Source: Lysobacterales bacterium
GTDB lineage: Bacteria > Pseudomonadota > Gammaproteobacteria > Xanthomonadales > SZUA-5
DNA length: 64,000 bases
Reading direction: 5' to 3'
NCBI GenBank assembly: GCA_050250665.1
Contig: JBFWOF010000007.1
Location: forward strand, 32,112-96,111
The notes under the pieces were generated by a model. That model ran no database searches, was not told the origin of the DNA, and saw only the letters and a list, made by a program, of their open reading frames with translations. Of this stretch, positions 1 through 11,014 are shown piece by piece (positions within the stretch are counted from its first letter, which is position 1; each line of letters begins with the position of its first letter). The translations under genes and the position numbers were made by a program.

Positions 1-2012
1 GCGCCTGCCAGTTGCTGCGTGGCGATGCCGAGCAGATCACCGGCAGTTCGGCACGTGCGCTGATCGGGCATCTGCCGCCGGTGCGTGACGAGGGCATGGG
101 CCTGGGCGAGGGTCGGATAGAAGCCAATGGCGATCCCCGCCTGGTCGGTCTGGCCACCGTGGGCTACGGTGGCGGCAACGGCCGGCTGGTCTTGCTGACG
201 GCCAGCCCGCAAGCGGAGTCGCCGCTGGAAATGCTGGCCGGCATGGCCAGAACCGGCCTCGACACCCAGGGTGTGCAGCCGGTGCTTAAGCGCCTGATCG
301 CCGACTATGGACTGGATTTCTTCTACGTCTGTGTGGAGCGCGGTGGTACCGAGGCCGAACCGCAGGTCATGGCTGCATTTCCGCGTACGTCGCAGGGCTC
401 CTTGCATGCGGTCTGGCAAACCGAGCTCTATCGCAGGGTACTGGCCGGTTCCGAATTCAACGCGGCGGAAGATGCGGTTGCCCGTCTGAGCGAGCCCTTT
501 TTCAAGCAATTGCGCCTGAACAGTGTGCAGGCGGTGCCGCTCTACGGCGAGGGTCAGCGCGCCCTCGGTGCCCTGATCGCCGGCGGTCGCAAGCCACAAC
601 CGCGCGCTGCTGAATTGCTGGCCGTGCTGCGTCTGGTGGGCTCGCATCTGGCGCTGCAGTCGCTGGTGGCGCGCTATCGCTCCGACAGCCGTTTCCAGGG
701 GCTGCACGACTCGCTGACGCGCCTGCCCAATCGCCTGCTGTTCAATGATCGCCTGCAATCGGCCATTGCCGAAGCCGGGCGCAGTGGCGAGTTGTTTGCG
801 GTGCTGTTTGTCGATCTGGACCGTTTCAAGACCATCAATGACAGCCTCGGGCATTCGGTCGGCGATCAGGTACTAGGCGCCGTTGCCAAGCGCCTGCGCG
901 CCACCGTGCGCGCGTCCGATACGGTCTCGCGCTATGCCGGTGACGAATTCACCCTGATCCTGCGGCACATCGTCAATCGCGAGGACGTCGCCCGGATTGC
1001 CGACAAGATCGTCAAGGTGCTGGAAACGCCGTTGACGCTGACGGATGGCCGCGAATTGCAGATCACCGCCAGTCTGGGCATCAGCTTCTATCCCGAAGAT
1101 GGCAAGGACGGCGAAACCCTGCTCAAGCACGCCGATGTGGCGATGTACAGCGCCAAGGGTCTGGGACGCAACACCTATCAGGTGTACGTCGCCGTGCCCG
1201 AGGAATCGCACCGCCAGCGTCTGGATCTGGAAACCAAGCTGCGCGTGGCTGAGCGCAACAACGAGCTGCGCGCTTACTATCAGCCGCAGGTCGATGCCCA
1301 GACCGAAGACATCATCGGCATGGAATCGCTGATCCGCTGGGAACATCCGGAGCTGGGTCTGATCAGTCCCGGATTCTTCATTCCCATCGCCGAAGATACT
1401 GGGCTGATCGTGCCGATCGGCGAGTGGATACTGCGCACCGCCTGCGCCGATGCCAAACGCTGGCTCGACATGTTCGATGTGCCCCTGCGGGTCAGCGTCA
1501 ACCTGTCGGCGCTGCAGCTGCGTCAGCCGAATCTGGTCGAAGTGGTCTCGCGGGCGTTGCAGGACACCGGTCTGCCCGGCGACAACCTCGATCTGGAGGT
1601 GACCGAGAGCATCAACATCAAGGACATCCCCAATCTGATGGAACTGCTCGGCCAGCTGCGGGAGCTGGGCTGCCATATCGCCATCGATGATTTCGGCACC
1701 GGTCAGTCCTCGCTCGACTACATCAAGCGTTTCCCGGCAGACCGGATCAAGATCGACCAGACCTTCGTTCGCAACATCGGCGTCGATCCGGCCGACGAGG
1801 CCATCGTTCGGGCGACCATCAACATGGCCCGCAACATGAATCGCATCGTGGTTGCCGAGGGCGTCGAGACTGAGGATCATCTGCGCTTCCTGCGCGAGTA
1901 CGGTTGTCAGGAACTGCAGGGCTATCTGTTCGCCCGGCCGTTGCCGGCTGCGAGTTTCGAGAACCTGCTGAATGAGCGAGCTCGGCTGTTGGCGGAAATG
2001 GCAGATGAATAG
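1..2012 (+). CDS. GGDEF/EAL-domain c-di-GMP signalling protein, 5' end probably outside window
   Basis: ORF 12..2012 stays open to the window edge. GGDEF-type domain ([11 protein letters not shown]) is followed by an EAL-type domain ([27 protein letters not shown]). Confidence 0.85.
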   Translation, partial: ACQLLRGDAEQITGSSARALIGHLPPVRDEGMGLGEGRIEANGDPRLVGLATVGYGGGNGRLVLLTASPQAESPLEMLAGMARTGLDTQGVQPVLKRLIADYGLDFFYVCVERGGTEAEPQVMAAFPRTSQGSLHAVWQTELYRRVLAGSEFNAAEDAVARLSEPFFKQLRLNSVQAVPLYGEGQRALGALIAGGRKPQPRAAELLAVLRLVGSHLALQSLVARYRSDSRFQGLHDSLTRLPNRLLFNDRLQSAIAEAGRSGELFAVLFVDLDRFKTINDSLGHSVGDQVLGAVAKRLRATVRASDTVSRYAGDEFTLILRHIVNREDVARIADKIVKVLETPLTLTDGRELQITASLGISFYPEDGKDGETLLKHADVAMYSAKGLGRNTYQVYVAVPEESHRQRLDLETKLRVAERNNELRAYYQPQVDAQTEDIIGMESLIRWEHPELGLISPGFFIPIAEDTGLIVPIGEWILRTACADAKRWLDMFDVPLRVSVNLSALQLRQPNLVEVVSRALQDTGLPGDNLDLEVTESINIKDIPNLMELLGQLRELGCHIAIDDFGTGQSSLDYIKRFPADRIKIDQTFVRNIGVDPADEAIVRATINMARNMNRIVVAEGVETEDHLRFLREYGCQELQGYLFARPLPAASFENLLNERARLLAEMADE

Positions 2013-2161
2013 GAACTTTCTGCGTTGAGGCTGGTCAGACTCGGCAATCATCGACAATCGAGGATGCCGGGCTCATGGGGTTGAATCTGAGTTGGTCCGC
2101 GCCAACGCCGCGGTCGGCACCACCTGCCGCCAGGCAGGGGACCGCAGGGACAGGAGTTGCA

Positions 2162-2740
2162 GTGGAAGAGGCAGCAATCGATGCGGCCCTGGTGGAGCGC
2201 GTCCAGGCGGGCGACAGGCTGGCCTTCGACCTGCTCGTGCGCAAGTACCAGCACCGCATCATTGCGCTGATCCAGCGCTTTGTGCCGGACTGGCATGAAG
2301 CCCAGGATGTGGCCCAGGAGGCTTTCATCAAGGCCTATCGCGCGCTGCCGAATTTTCGCGGCGACAGCGCTTTCTATACCTGGCTCTACAAGATTTCGGT
2401 GAACACCGCGAAGAACTTCCTGGTGTCGCAGTCACGTCGTCCGCCGATGGACGACATCCTGCTGGAAGATGCCGTTCATCATGAGGCCGCCGGTCGGATG
2501 CATGAACGCGCCACGCCGGAAAATGAATTTCTGCGCGAAGAAGTGGAACGCACGGTCATCGCCGCGGTCGAAGAGTTACCGGAAGAAATCCGAACCGCGC
2601 TGACCTTGCGCGAAATCGATGGTCTGAGCTACGAAGAGATCGCCCAGATCATGAATTGCCCGATAGGAACGGTGCGTTCGCGCATCTTTCGTGGGCGCGA
2701 TGCGGTGGATCGTCGGATTCGGCCGCTGGTGGAGGGTTGA
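2162..2740 (+). CDS. rpoE: ECF sigma factor RpoE/AlgU type (sigma-24)
   Basis: Full-length resemblance to RpoE (VERVQAGD, FRGDSAFYTWLY, VNTAKN, LREIDGLSYEEIA, GTVRSRIFR). Start placed at in-frame GTG 2162 preceded by AGGAG at 2152-2156; ATG 2075 is the alternative. Confidence 0.9.
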   Translation: MEEAAIDAALVERVQAGDRLAFDLLVRKYQHRIIALIQRFVPDWHEAQDVAQEAFIKAYRALPNFRGDSAFYTWLYKISVNTAKNFLVSQSRRPPMDDILLEDAVHHEAAGRMHERATPENEFLREEVERTVIAAVEELPEEIRTALTLREIDGLSYEEIAQIMNCPIGTVRSRIFRGRDAVDRRIRPLVEG

Positions 2741-2745
2741 GAGCG

Positions 2746-3381
2746 ATGAGCGAAGATTTGCGAGAACAATTGTCGGCCTTGATGGATGGTGAACTGGGTC
2801 GCGACGAGCGCGCATTCCTGATGCGGCGCCTGGAGCACGATGCCGAATTGCGGGCCGCATGGACCCGCATGCACCTGATCCGTGATGTCATGACCCATCG
2901 GCCGGGTGGTGCGGCGACGCTGAATCTGGCGGACAGCGTGATGCAGGCGCTGGCTGACGAGGATCGTGCCGCGCCCAAGGCCGTGGCTACAGCATCCGGA
3001 CCGGCCTGGCGGCCGTGGGCGGGTCTGGCAGTTGCGGCATCTGTGGCCATGGCCGCGGTGTTTGCCGTGGCCCCCGAGCGCGCATTCGAGACCGGGCCGT
3101 CCCTGGCGGAGACTGCACCGGCGCCGCGCGCGGCTTTGCCGGTGGGCGTGCCCGGGCCGATCGTGCCCAGCCTGCAGGATCTGGGCAGCGGCGTGCAGCC
3201 GGTGGCCGGTGAGCGTTCGCGGGTCCTGAGCGCGTCACCGATGCCGATGAGCGCCGAGCAGATGCTGTTGATGCGGCACGGACAGGTGGTGGACGGTTCC
3301 TGGTGGGTCGGCGGTGCTCAGCCGGTCTATGCGCAGCCGGAACAGCGCATGGTCGTGCCGGTGTCGGTGAGCGGCGAATAA
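2746..3381 (+). CDS. rseA: anti-sigma-E factor RseA/MucA-like
   Basis: ATG 2746 lies 6 nt after the rpoE stop. N-terminal motif LSALMDGEL and an Ala/Pro-rich middle with a hydrophobic segment. Position is conserved relative to rpoE. Confidence 0.75.
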   Translation: MSEDLREQLSALMDGELGRDERAFLMRRLEHDAELRAAWTRMHLIRDVMTHRPGGAATLNLADSVMQALADEDRAAPKAVATASGPAWRPWAGLAVAASVAMAAVFAVAPERAFETGPSLAETAPAPRAALPVGVPGPIVPSLQDLGSGVQPVAGERSRVLSASPMPMSAEQMLLMRHGQVVDGSWWVGGAQPVYAQPEQRMVVPVSVSGE

Positions 3382-3388
3382 GCCGGCA

Positions 3389-4315
3389 GTGTCCGTGCGC
3401 GTGCATCAATCGATAACAGACATGTGCGCCAAGGTATTGATGCTCGGCGCGATGCTGGTTTTGGTGCCCTTGCTGGCACAGGCGGCAGGCAGCGATGACT
3501 GGCATGCCTGGGCAGTGCGCATGGACAAGGCCCAGCAATCGCTGAACTACGATGCCACCATGGTCATCGATGTCGGTGACAACAACTGGGATCTGGTGGA
3601 GCTGTCGCAGCGCGTCGGTCCCGGCGGCCCCGAGCAGCAGTGGGTCAGCCTCAACGGCGCCGGGCGCCGCCAGCTTCGCACCTCTCAGGGAATCTCGGTC
3701 CTGGGCCCGGAAGGGGATCAGCGTATAGGCCGTGGCGCGCAGTTGCGCCTGGGCGAGGCCTCCGAACAACTGGCCAGTTCCTACCGGATCAGCATGGACG
3801 GAAGCGATCGGGTGGCTGGCCGGCAAGCTGTGCGCATGATCCTGCAACCGCTGCAGCCCGATCGCTATGGATTGCACCTCTGGATCGACGCCGATACGGG
3901 TCTGCCGCTGCGCAGTGAACGGATCGGCAACAACGGCGTCATGCTCGAACGGCGGATGGTGACGCGCCTGACGGTGCGCGGGTTTGCCGGCGGTCGCGCG
4001 CAGGTTCCGCCGCTCGACAGCGCCCAGTTGCCAGGCTGGAGTCTGCCCAGCGGATTCCGGCTGGTCGGTACCGCGCTGGCGGTGCCTGGCCTTGCGGGTG
4101 CCCGACAATGGGTCATCTCCGACGGCGTGGCCTGGGTGTCGGTCTATCAGATGACGCTGCCGTCGGGGCTGACGCTGGACAAGAACGGCTGGCGCCATGG
4201 CGCCATGAGTCAGATCACGGTGCGCAACGGGGATCACTGGTTCTATGTGCTCGGCGATCTGCCGCCGGAAACCCTGATGCGGGTGGGCCAGGCTGCCATT
4301 GCAGCTGAACCCTGA
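3389..4315 (+). CDS. rseB: sigma-E regulatory protein RseB/MucB-like, periplasmic
   Basis: Signal peptide (LVLVPLLAQAAG), ~300 aa, directly after rseA. Start is either 3389 or ATG 3422. Confidence 0.75.
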   Translation: MSVRVHQSITDMCAKVLMLGAMLVLVPLLAQAAGSDDWHAWAVRMDKAQQSLNYDATMVIDVGDNNWDLVELSQRVGPGGPEQQWVSLNGAGRRQLRTSQGISVLGPEGDQRIGRGAQLRLGEASEQLASSYRISMDGSDRVAGRQAVRMILQPLQPDRYGLHLWIDADTGLPLRSERIGNNGVMLERRMVTRLTVRGFAGGRAQVPPLDSAQLPGWSLPSGFRLVGTALAVPGLAGARQWVISDGVAWVSVYQMTLPSGLTLDKNGWRHGAMSQITVRNGDHWFYVLGDLPPETLMRVGQAAIAAEP

Positions 4316-4450
4316 GCGATGTCCAAACCGGTATACGCCCTCAGAGCTGCGTGTTGGAGTCGCGGCTCAGGGGTGGCTCGTGCTTTAATCGCCAGTTTCC
4401 CCAAAGCCCCCTGGTTGCCGATCCGACGCGGCCGGCGGAGCGCATGAGCC

Positions 4451-6244
4451 ATGAATCACATACGTAATTTTTCAATTATCGCGCACGTCGATCACGGCAA
4501 GTCGACGCTGGCCGATCGCTTCATCCAGATTTGCGGCGGCCTGGCCGACCGTGAAATGGAGGCGCAGGTACTCGACAGCAATCCGATCGAGCGCGAGCGC
4601 GGCATCACCATCAAGGCACAGTCGGTGTCGCTGCCCTATCTCAGCGATGACGGCCAGACCTACGAGCTGAACTTCATCGACACCCCCGGGCATGTCGATT
4701 TCTCCTACGAGGTCTCGCGCTCGCTGGCGGCCTGCGAAGGCGCACTGCTGGTGGTGGATGCCGCCCAGGGTGTTGAGGCTCAGAGCGTCGCCAACTGCTA
4801 CACCGCAGTGGAGCAGGGACTGGAAGTGGTTCCCGTACTGAACAAGGTGGATCTGCCTTCGGCCGAGCCCGATCGTGTGCGTCAGGAGATCGAGGACGTC
4901 ATCGGCATCGACGCTACTGACGCCATCGAGATCAGCGCCAAGACCGGCCTCAACGTGCGCCAGGTGCTGGAAGCGATCATCAAGCGCATCCCGCCTCCGG
5001 CCCAGCCGGCGGATACCACGCTGAAGGCCTTGATCATCGATTCCTGGTTCGACAACTACCTCGGCGTGATCTCGCTGGTGCGCGTGGTCCAGGGTGAGAT
5101 CACCGTGGGCGACAAGATCCTGGTGATGTCTACCGGCCGTACCTGGTATGTCGAACAGGTGGGCGTGTTCACCCCCAAGAGACTGCGCCGCGAAAAACTC
5201 AGCTGCGGCCAGGTGGGATTTGTCTGTGCCGCGATCAAGGAAGTGCACGGGGCGCCGGTCGGCGACACCCTGACCAGCGCTGCCAAGCCCGCCAGTGAGG
5301 CCCTGCCGGGCTTTCAGAAGATCAAGCCGCGGGTTTTTGCCGGTCTGTTCCCGACCGAGGCCGACGACTATCCGGCGATGCGCGAAGCCCTGGAGAAGCT
5401 GACACTGAACGATTCGGCCCTGCAATTCGAGCCCGAATCATCCGAGGCCATGGGTTTCGGCTTTCGCTGTGGCTTCCTCGGCATGCTGCACATGGAGATC
5501 GTGCAGGAGCGCCTGGAGCGTGAGTACGATCTGGACCTGATCACCACCGCACCGACGGTGATCTATCAGGTGCTGCGCAAGGACGGCTCGATCTTCGAAC
5601 TCGACAATCCGGCGAAAATGCCGGTGGCCAGCGAGATGGAAGAAATCCGCGAGCCGATCATCGTGGCCAACATCCTGGTGCCGCCCGACTATGTCGGTCC
5701 GGTCATCAAGCTCTGCGAAGAAAAGCGCGGGCGCCAGAAAGGCATCAACTATCTGGGCACGCAGGTGCAGATCAACTACGAAATGCCGCTGGCCGAAGTG
5801 GTGCTGGACTTCTTCGATCGCCTGAAGTCCGCCAGCCGCGGCTATGCCTCCTTCGACTACCATCTGGATCGCTTCGAGGCGGGTCCCTTTGTACGCCTGG
5901 ACATTCTCATCAACGGCGATCGCGTCGATGCGCTGTCCTTGATCGTCCATCGCGCGCAGGCGGACCGCAAGGGCCGCGATCTGGCCGAGAAGATGCGCGA
6001 GCTGATACCGCGGCAGATGTTCGATGTGGCCATCCAGGCGGCGGTCGGTGCCCAGATCATTGCCCGGTCCACGGTCAAGGCGCTGCGCAAGAATGTGTTG
6101 GCCAAATGTTACGGTGGCGACGTTTCGCGCAAGCGCAAGCTGCTGGAAAAGCAGAAGGCCGGCAAGAAGCGCATGAAACAGGTAGGTCGGGTGGAGATTC
6201 CTCAGGAGGCATTCCTGGCGGTGCTTCAGGTGGATGATCGATAG
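4451..6244 (+). CDS. lepA: translation elongation factor 4 (LepA)
   Basis: [22 protein letters not shown] and NKVDL GTPase motifs; 597 aa; conserved C-terminus QEAFLAVL. Confidence 0.97.
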   Translation: MNHIRNFSIIAHVDHGKSTLADRFIQICGGLADREMEAQVLDSNPIERERGITIKAQSVSLPYLSDDGQTYELNFIDTPGHVDFSYEVSRSLAACEGALLVVDAAQGVEAQSVANCYTAVEQGLEVVPVLNKVDLPSAEPDRVRQEIEDVIGIDATDAIEISAKTGLNVRQVLEAIIKRIPPPAQPADTTLKALIIDSWFDNYLGVISLVRVVQGEITVGDKILVMSTGRTWYVEQVGVFTPKRLRREKLSCGQVGFVCAAIKEVHGAPVGDTLTSAAKPASEALPGFQKIKPRVFAGLFPTEADDYPAMREALEKLTLNDSALQFEPESSEAMGFGFRCGFLGMLHMEIVQERLEREYDLDLITTAPTVIYQVLRKDGSIFELDNPAKMPVASEMEEIREPIIVANILVPPDYVGPVIKLCEEKRGRQKGINYLGTQVQINYEMPLAEVVLDFFDRLKSASRGYASFDYHLDRFEAGPFVRLDILINGDRVDALSLIVHRAQADRKGRDLAEKMRELIPRQMFDVAIQAAVGAQIIARSTVKALRKNVLAKCYGGDVSRKRKLLEKQKAGKKRMKQVGRVEIPQEAFLAVLQVDDR

Positions 6245-6269
6245 GCTTCAGGGACGATAGGACGGGAAC

Positions 6270-7094
6270 ATGGATTTCGCGCTGATCTTGGTGATCTTGA
6301 CCGGTTTGACCGGCGTGGTTTGGTTGATCGACAGCCTGTTCTTCCGGCGTCGGCGGCTGGCATTGCAGGGCGCAGGCTACGGCACCGCCGGCGAACAGCA
6401 GGCCGGCGCCGCCCCTGCTGCGCGCGACCCGGTGGTGGTTGAGTACTCCAAGTCCTTTTTTCCGGTCATTCTGGCGGTGCTGCTGATCCGTTCCTTTCTG
6501 GTCGAGCCCTTCACCATCCCGTCCAGTTCAATGGTGCCCACGCTGCTGATCGGCGACTTCATACTGGTCAACAAGTATGCCTACGGGGTTCGACTGCCCG
6601 TCATCCACACCAAGATTCTTGAAGTCTCGGAACCGAAGCGCGGCGAAGTCGTGGTGTTCCGGCCGCCGCACCATCCCGACAAGAATTACGTCAAGCGACT
6701 GGTGGGACTACCGGGCGACAAGATCACCTACATCAACAACACGCTGTACGTCAACGACATTGCCATGCCGCAGACCTCGGTCGGCCGCTACTTTGCCGAC
6801 GGCAGCAACAGTGAGTCGACTGGAGCCGAGCTGCGCACCGAAACGCTGATGGATGTTCCGCACCAGATCCTGCTGGCGGGTGGTCAGGGCCTGGTGCCGG
6901 GCGGTACATTTGTCGTGCCGCCGGGGCACTATTTCATGATGGGCGACAACCGTGATAGAAGTGAGGACAGTCGCGTCTGGGGCGTGGTGCCGGAAGAAAA
7001 CCTGGTCGGGCGCGCGTTTTTTGTCTGGATGCACTGGGACTGGAAAATCCGGGGCTTCGTCGCCTGGAACCGTATCGGCATGAAAGTGGGGTGA
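6270..7094 (+). CDS. lepB: signal peptidase I
   Basis: N-terminal TM helix, SSSMVPTL catalytic-Ser box, KRLVGLPGD, GDNRDRSEDSR; follows lepA. Confidence 0.93.
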   Translation: MDFALILVILTGLTGVVWLIDSLFFRRRRLALQGAGYGTAGEQQAGAAPAARDPVVVEYSKSFFPVILAVLLIRSFLVEPFTIPSSSMVPTLLIGDFILVNKYAYGVRLPVIHTKILEVSEPKRGEVVVFRPPHHPDKNYVKRLVGLPGDKITYINNTLYVNDIAMPQTSVGRYFADGSNSESTGAELRTETLMDVPHQILLAGGQGLVPGGTFVVPPGHYFMMGDNRDRSEDSRVWGVVPEENLVGRAFFVWMHWDWKIRGFVAWNRIGMKVG

Positions 7095-7098
7095 TGCG

Positions 7099-7479
7099 AT
7101 GGCTACTGCAGCAAGACAGCGCGGAATAACCTTGATTGGCTTCATCATCGTTCTCGGCCTGGCCGGGTTCGCCTTCTTCATTGGCGCCAAGCTGTTCCCG
7201 ATGTACAGCGAATACATGGCGGTCAAGGCAGCCATGATGCAGGTCCGGAACACCCCGGGGTCAGCGCGCATGAATCCCGATCAGGTCTGGAACATCCTGA
7301 CCCGTACCTTCGAGGTCAGCTACGTGGAAAGCGTCACCCGCCAAGATGTGCAGCTGGTGCGCCAGAATGGCTACATCCTCCGGATTGCCTACGAGGTACG
7401 CAAACCGCTGGTCTACAACCTGGATGTAGTCGCCAAGTTCGATCATTCGGTGGACCTGACCCGGAGCGGCGAGCCCTAG
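7099..7479 (+). CDS. small membrane-anchored protein (DUF4845-like, from memory)
   Basis: 126 aa with a single N-terminal TM helix (ITLIGFIIVLGLAGFAFFIGA). Sits between lepB and rnc. Confidence 0.55.
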   Translation: MATAARQRGITLIGFIIVLGLAGFAFFIGAKLFPMYSEYMAVKAAMMQVRNTPGSARMNPDQVWNILTRTFEVSYVESVTRQDVQLVRQNGYILRIAYEVRKPLVYNLDVVAKFDHSVDLTRSGEP

Positions 7480-8153
7480 TGCAGTCCAATCCGCTGCGAC
7501 GCTTTGGCGTCGATTTTGCCGATCCGGCCTTGCTGGATCGTGCGCTGACGCATCGCAGTGCTGGACAGGCCAATTACGAACGCCTGGAGTTTCTGGGCGA
7601 CGCCCTGATCAACACCGCGGTCAGTATCGAACTCTACCAGCGCTACCCGCGCTCTCCCGAGGGCGATCTGACTCGGCTGAGGGCGGCGCTGATCCGCGAA
7701 TCCAGCCTGGCGGAACTGGCGCGCGGGATCGGATTGTCCGACTACCTGCGCATGGGCGGTGGCGAATTGAAGAGCGGCGGTTATCGCCGGGATTCCATTC
7801 TTGCCGACACGCTGGAAGCGCTGGTTGCGGCGGTCTATCTCGATGCGGGCTGGGACCGCTGCCAGGCCTTGATCCGGCAGATGTTTGCTGAGGCCATCGA
7901 CGCCGTTGACATCAACGCCGTCAAGGACGCCAAGACCCGGCTGCAGGAGTGGTTGCAGGGGCGCGGCCTGCCCTTGCCCGACTATCAGTTGATCGATACC
8001 CAGGGTAAGGATCATGACAAGACCTTCAGAGTGGCGTGTCGTATCGCCGATCTCGATTATTCCGCGGATGCGCAAGGGCGCAGCCGCAAATCTGCGGAGC
8101 AGGCTGCTGCGGCTGCGGTGCTGGAACACATAGAACGGAGTCAGCCTCAGTGA
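7479..8153 (+). CDS. rnc: ribonuclease III
   Basis: RNase III signature ERLEFLGDA, C-terminal dsRBD (SRKSAEQAAA). GTG start overlaps the upstream stop. Confidence 0.95.
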   Translation: MQSNPLRRFGVDFADPALLDRALTHRSAGQANYERLEFLGDALINTAVSIELYQRYPRSPEGDLTRLRAALIRESSLAELARGIGLSDYLRMGGGELKSGGYRRDSILADTLEALVAAVYLDAGWDRCQALIRQMFAEAIDAVDINAVKDAKTRLQEWLQGRGLPLPDYQLIDTQGKDHDKTFRVACRIADLDYSADAQGRSRKSAEQAAAAAVLEHIERSQPQ

Positions 8154-9046
8154 ATACCGCTGTCAGCCATCGCGCCGGGTTTGCGGCCCTGGTGGGTCGT
8201 CCCAATGTCGGCAAGTCCAGTCTGCTCAATGCCTTCGTCGGCGCCCATCTGGGCGCGGTGTCGGCAAAGCCGCACACCACCCGCCAGCGCCTGCTGGGAG
8301 TGCGCACCTTCGACACCAGTCAGATCGCCTTCGTCGACACTCCGGGAATCCAGAAACGCCGACCCACCGCCGTGCACAAGGCCATGGATCGGGCCGTGGA
8401 TCAGGCCGTGGCCGAGGTCGATCTGATCGCTCTGGTGGTCGAGGCCGGCATCTGGAAGCCGGGCGATGCCGCTGCCCTGGAGCATGCCCGCGAAACCGGC
8501 TTGCCGATCGCGCTGATCATCAACAAGATCGATCTGCTCAAGGACAAGACCAAGTTGCTGCCCTTCATCGACAAGGTCGGCAAGCTGCACGATTTTGCCG
8601 TGGTCCTGATGGTCAGCGCGCGCCGCGAGCAGGGCACTGAAGACGCCTGCCAGCGCCTCGCGGCGCTGTTGCCGGAGCGCGAGCCGCTGTTCGAGGCAGA
8701 TACCCTGACCGATCGCAGCGAGCGTCACCTGGCGGGCGAATTCGTTCGCGAGCAGCTGATGCGGCAGTTGGGCAATGAAGTCCCCTATGCCTGCGCCGTG
8801 GAAATCGAGGCTTTTGAGCTGGTCGGGCAGCTGCGCCGCATTGCGGCCACGATCTGGGTCGAACGCGACGGCCAGAAGGCAATCGTCATCGGCGAGGGCG
8901 GAGAGCGCCTCAAGCAGATCGGCAGCGCCGCGCGCCTGCAGATGGAAAAACTATTCGGTGGCCGGGTTCACATCGAGATCTGGGTCAAGGTCCGCGCCGA
9001 CTGGAGCGACAACGAACGCTCGCTCAGGCAGTTGGGTTTCGACTGA
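8150..9046 (+). CDS. era: GTPase Era
   Basis: GRPNVGKSSL, DTPG and NKID motifs plus a C-terminal KH region. In-frame GTG 8150 overlaps the rnc stop (GTGA); the ATG 8036 extension lies inside rnc and is not Era-like. Confidence 0.95.
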   Translation: MNTAVSHRAGFAALVGRPNVGKSSLLNAFVGAHLGAVSAKPHTTRQRLLGVRTFDTSQIAFVDTPGIQKRRPTAVHKAMDRAVDQAVAEVDLIALVVEAGIWKPGDAAALEHARETGLPIALIINKIDLLKDKTKLLPFIDKVGKLHDFAVVLMVSARREQGTEDACQRLAALLPEREPLFEADTLTDRSERHLAGEFVREQLMRQLGNEVPYACAVEIEAFELVGQLRRIAATIWVERDGQKAIVIGEGGERLKQIGSAARLQMEKLFGGRVHIEIWVKVRADWSDNERSLRQLGFD

Positions 9047-9234
9047 GACCAGATTTCCCGGCAGGGTGCAGGCTGGTCTGACATGGGAGTCGTTCTCGGT
9101 GCCCTTGTTCTGGCATCAACGGCGGGGCACGGGGCAGGGGGCCAGCTGCGGCGCACGGTTGCTGTGGGCCGGCGCGCCCCGTTCATCGCCTCAGGTCTTA
9201 CCGAACGCAGCGCTAGCCGGCGGGGTGATCATGG

Positions 9235-9936
9235 GTGAACGCCATGCGCGTGAATGACCAGCCCGGCTTTGTGCTGCACAGGCGGCAGTATTCCGAATCC
9301 AGTCTGCTGCTGGAGGTGTTCAGCCGCGATCATGGCCGCATCGGCCTGATCGCCCGCGGTGCGCGCGGATCCAAGAGCGCTCTGCCCGCTCTGCTGCAGC
9401 CCTTTCAGGAACTGCAGCTGGATTTCATGGGGGCGGGCGAGTTGCAGCGACTGATCCGCGCCGAGCCGCTCGGGGCGGCGCTGGCGCTGCGTTCGGAGCG
9501 CTCCCTGGCCGGGCTCTATTGCAATGAACTCATGGTGCGACTGTTGCCGCGCGGGGACGCTCACCCGGCCTTGTACCGGCGCTATGCCGCCGTGCTCGTG
9601 GCGCTGGTGGATGCCGCGTCGATTGCCTGGCCGCTGCGCCTGTTCGAACGCGAACTGCTGGCTGAACTCGGCTACGCCGCCGCTTTCTCCGAGGACGCCC
9701 AGGGCGTGGCCATCGATCCCGCGTTGCGTTACCGATTCCAGCCCGAAGAGGGCTTTGTTCGTGCTGACAACCATATTGGATACAGCGGAGCCGCGTTGTT
9801 GGCGGTCCATCAGGGAATCGAGCCCGAAGCGGCGCTGCTGCGCGAGTTGCGCCAGTTGTTCCGGGAACTGATCAGCCTGCAGTTGCGCGGAGACCCCCTG
9901 CGCTCCTGGGGGCTGATGGCGGGTCTGGGGCGCTGA
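9235..9936 (+). CDS. recO: DNA repair protein RecO
   Basis: N-terminus PGFVLHRRQYSESSLLLEVFSRDHGRIGLIARGAR is typical of RecO; follows era. Confidence 0.9.
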   Translation: MNAMRVNDQPGFVLHRRQYSESSLLLEVFSRDHGRIGLIARGARGSKSALPALLQPFQELQLDFMGAGELQRLIRAEPLGAALALRSERSLAGLYCNELMVRLLPRGDAHPALYRRYAAVLVALVDAASIAWPLRLFERELLAELGYAAAFSEDAQGVAIDPALRYRFQPEEGFVRADNHIGYSGAALLAVHQGIEPEAALLRELRQLFRELISLQLRGDPLRSWGLMAGLGR

Positions 9937-10018
9937 GCCTGAATCCTTGATCAACGTATCGCCAGTTCAAGTTATTGATTTGACGGCAGTGCGGACGCAA
10001 CACCGGCCATATTCACCG

Positions 10019-10092
10019 GTAGGAGCGCCCTTGCGGCGCGACCACTGTTGCGGACCTGCGGTCGGCCGGTCGCGACGCTAGGTCGCTCCTAC
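10019..10092. repeat. REP-like palindromic element, family 1 (GTAGGAGCGCCCTTGCGGCGCGACC ... GGTCGCGACGCTAGGTCGCTCCTAC)
   Basis: Imperfect inverted repeat of ~25 nt arms. The same arms recur at 37846-37920, 37938-38011 and 60831-61076. Confidence 0.85.
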
Positions 10093-10234
10093 AGGCCGGC
10101 TTGTGCTTCATGGCCTGTGGGCAGTTTCGGGGCGATGGAGGTGGCGCGCCATGACGCCGGCCTTGATGGCCCGTCTGCGGTATCAGGACAAGATCCGGAC
10201 TGGCCCGCGCGCCGCATCAGCGGCTGCCCGGAGA

Positions 10235-10984
10235 TCACTCAGCGCGGGCCAATGCCGCGGTGGCAGCTTGCTCCAGCGCTGACCGCGTCAGCGCGAGGAT
10301 GGCCCAGATGTCGCGCTGCTGATCGCGACTGATGTCATGTCCGGCGCGCAGCCGCGACTCGAGCTCGCCGCTGGCTTGTTCCAGTCGATCGCACCCGGTC
10401 AGCGCACAGGCGGCGCTCAGGCGGTGCAGTTGGCTCAGTGATGTAGCCAGAGCCTCAGGCTGCGGCAGGGTCGAGATCCAGGACTCGGCCGTCTGCAGTT
10501 CCTTCAGCAGCATCACTCGCAGCGCTTGCAGGGTTTCGATACGACCGCCGAAACGGGACAGGGCAAGCTCGTCACTGAGCAAGGGCAGCTCGGCGCTTGT
10601 TGATTCGCAGGCACTTCCGGATGCCGGCACGGCCGGAGTGTCGGCCCCGGTTTCCAGCCAGGCCAGCAGTGAGTCCTGATCGACCGGTTTGCGTAGAAAG
10701 ACCACGCCTTCCGGCAATGACTTACCCGAGAGCTCGTCGCCGGAGGTCAGCAACACCGGCCACGGCAGCGGATGCGAATGCTGCTGCAGCCACTGCAAGC
10801 CATCGCCATCGGGCAGTCGCCGGTCGATGATGATTCGGGTGAATCCGCCCTTGCCTAGCTGCAATTCGGCGTGGTCCAGGCAGGAACTGAGCACCGCAAC
10901 GTGGCCGCGTGAGCGCAGCAGTTCGAGCAGCCAGCTGGCGGCTATCGGGTCGTCGTCGATGATCAGGCAGGCGAGAGCGGGCAT
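10235..10984 (-). CDS. response-regulator receiver fused to a C-terminal Hpt-like domain
   Basis: N-terminal REC (LIIDDD ... IIIDRRLPDGDG ... LLTS). C-terminal helical region has an Hpt-like His motif (QLHRLSAACALTGC). Confidence 0.65.
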   Translation of the reverse strand: MPALACLIIDDDPIAASWLLELLRSRGHVAVLSSCLDHAELQLGKGGFTRIIIDRRLPDGDGLQWLQQHSHPLPWPVLLTSGDELSGKSLPEGVVFLRKPVDQDSLLAWLETGADTPAVPASGSACESTSAELPLLSDELALSRFGGRIETLQALRVMLLKELQTAESWISTLPQPEALATSLSQLHRLSAACALTGCDRLEQASGELESRLRAGHDISRDQQRDIWAILALTRSALEQAATAALARAE

Positions 10985-11014
10985 GGACGCAGCATAAACC
11001 TGGCCTGGGGCAAT

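Noticed and set aside
2741-4315. Absence of rseC and a degS/mucD-type protease after rseB as an anomaly
   Set aside because: Operon content downstream of rseB varies among gammaproteobacteria, and these genes may lie elsewhere. This is not informative from one window.
4316-4450. Screened intergenic regions (4316-4450, 9047-9234, 16953-17175, 24198-24708, 40836-41110, 53199-53286, 63230-63344) for tRNA, tmRNA or riboswitch-like sequences
   Set aside because: No T-loop (GGTTCGAATCC-like) or cloverleaf-compatible segments and no recognisable riboswitch cores were seen by eye. A covariance-model scan (tRNAscan-SE, Infernal/Rfam) would be needed to exclude small RNAs.
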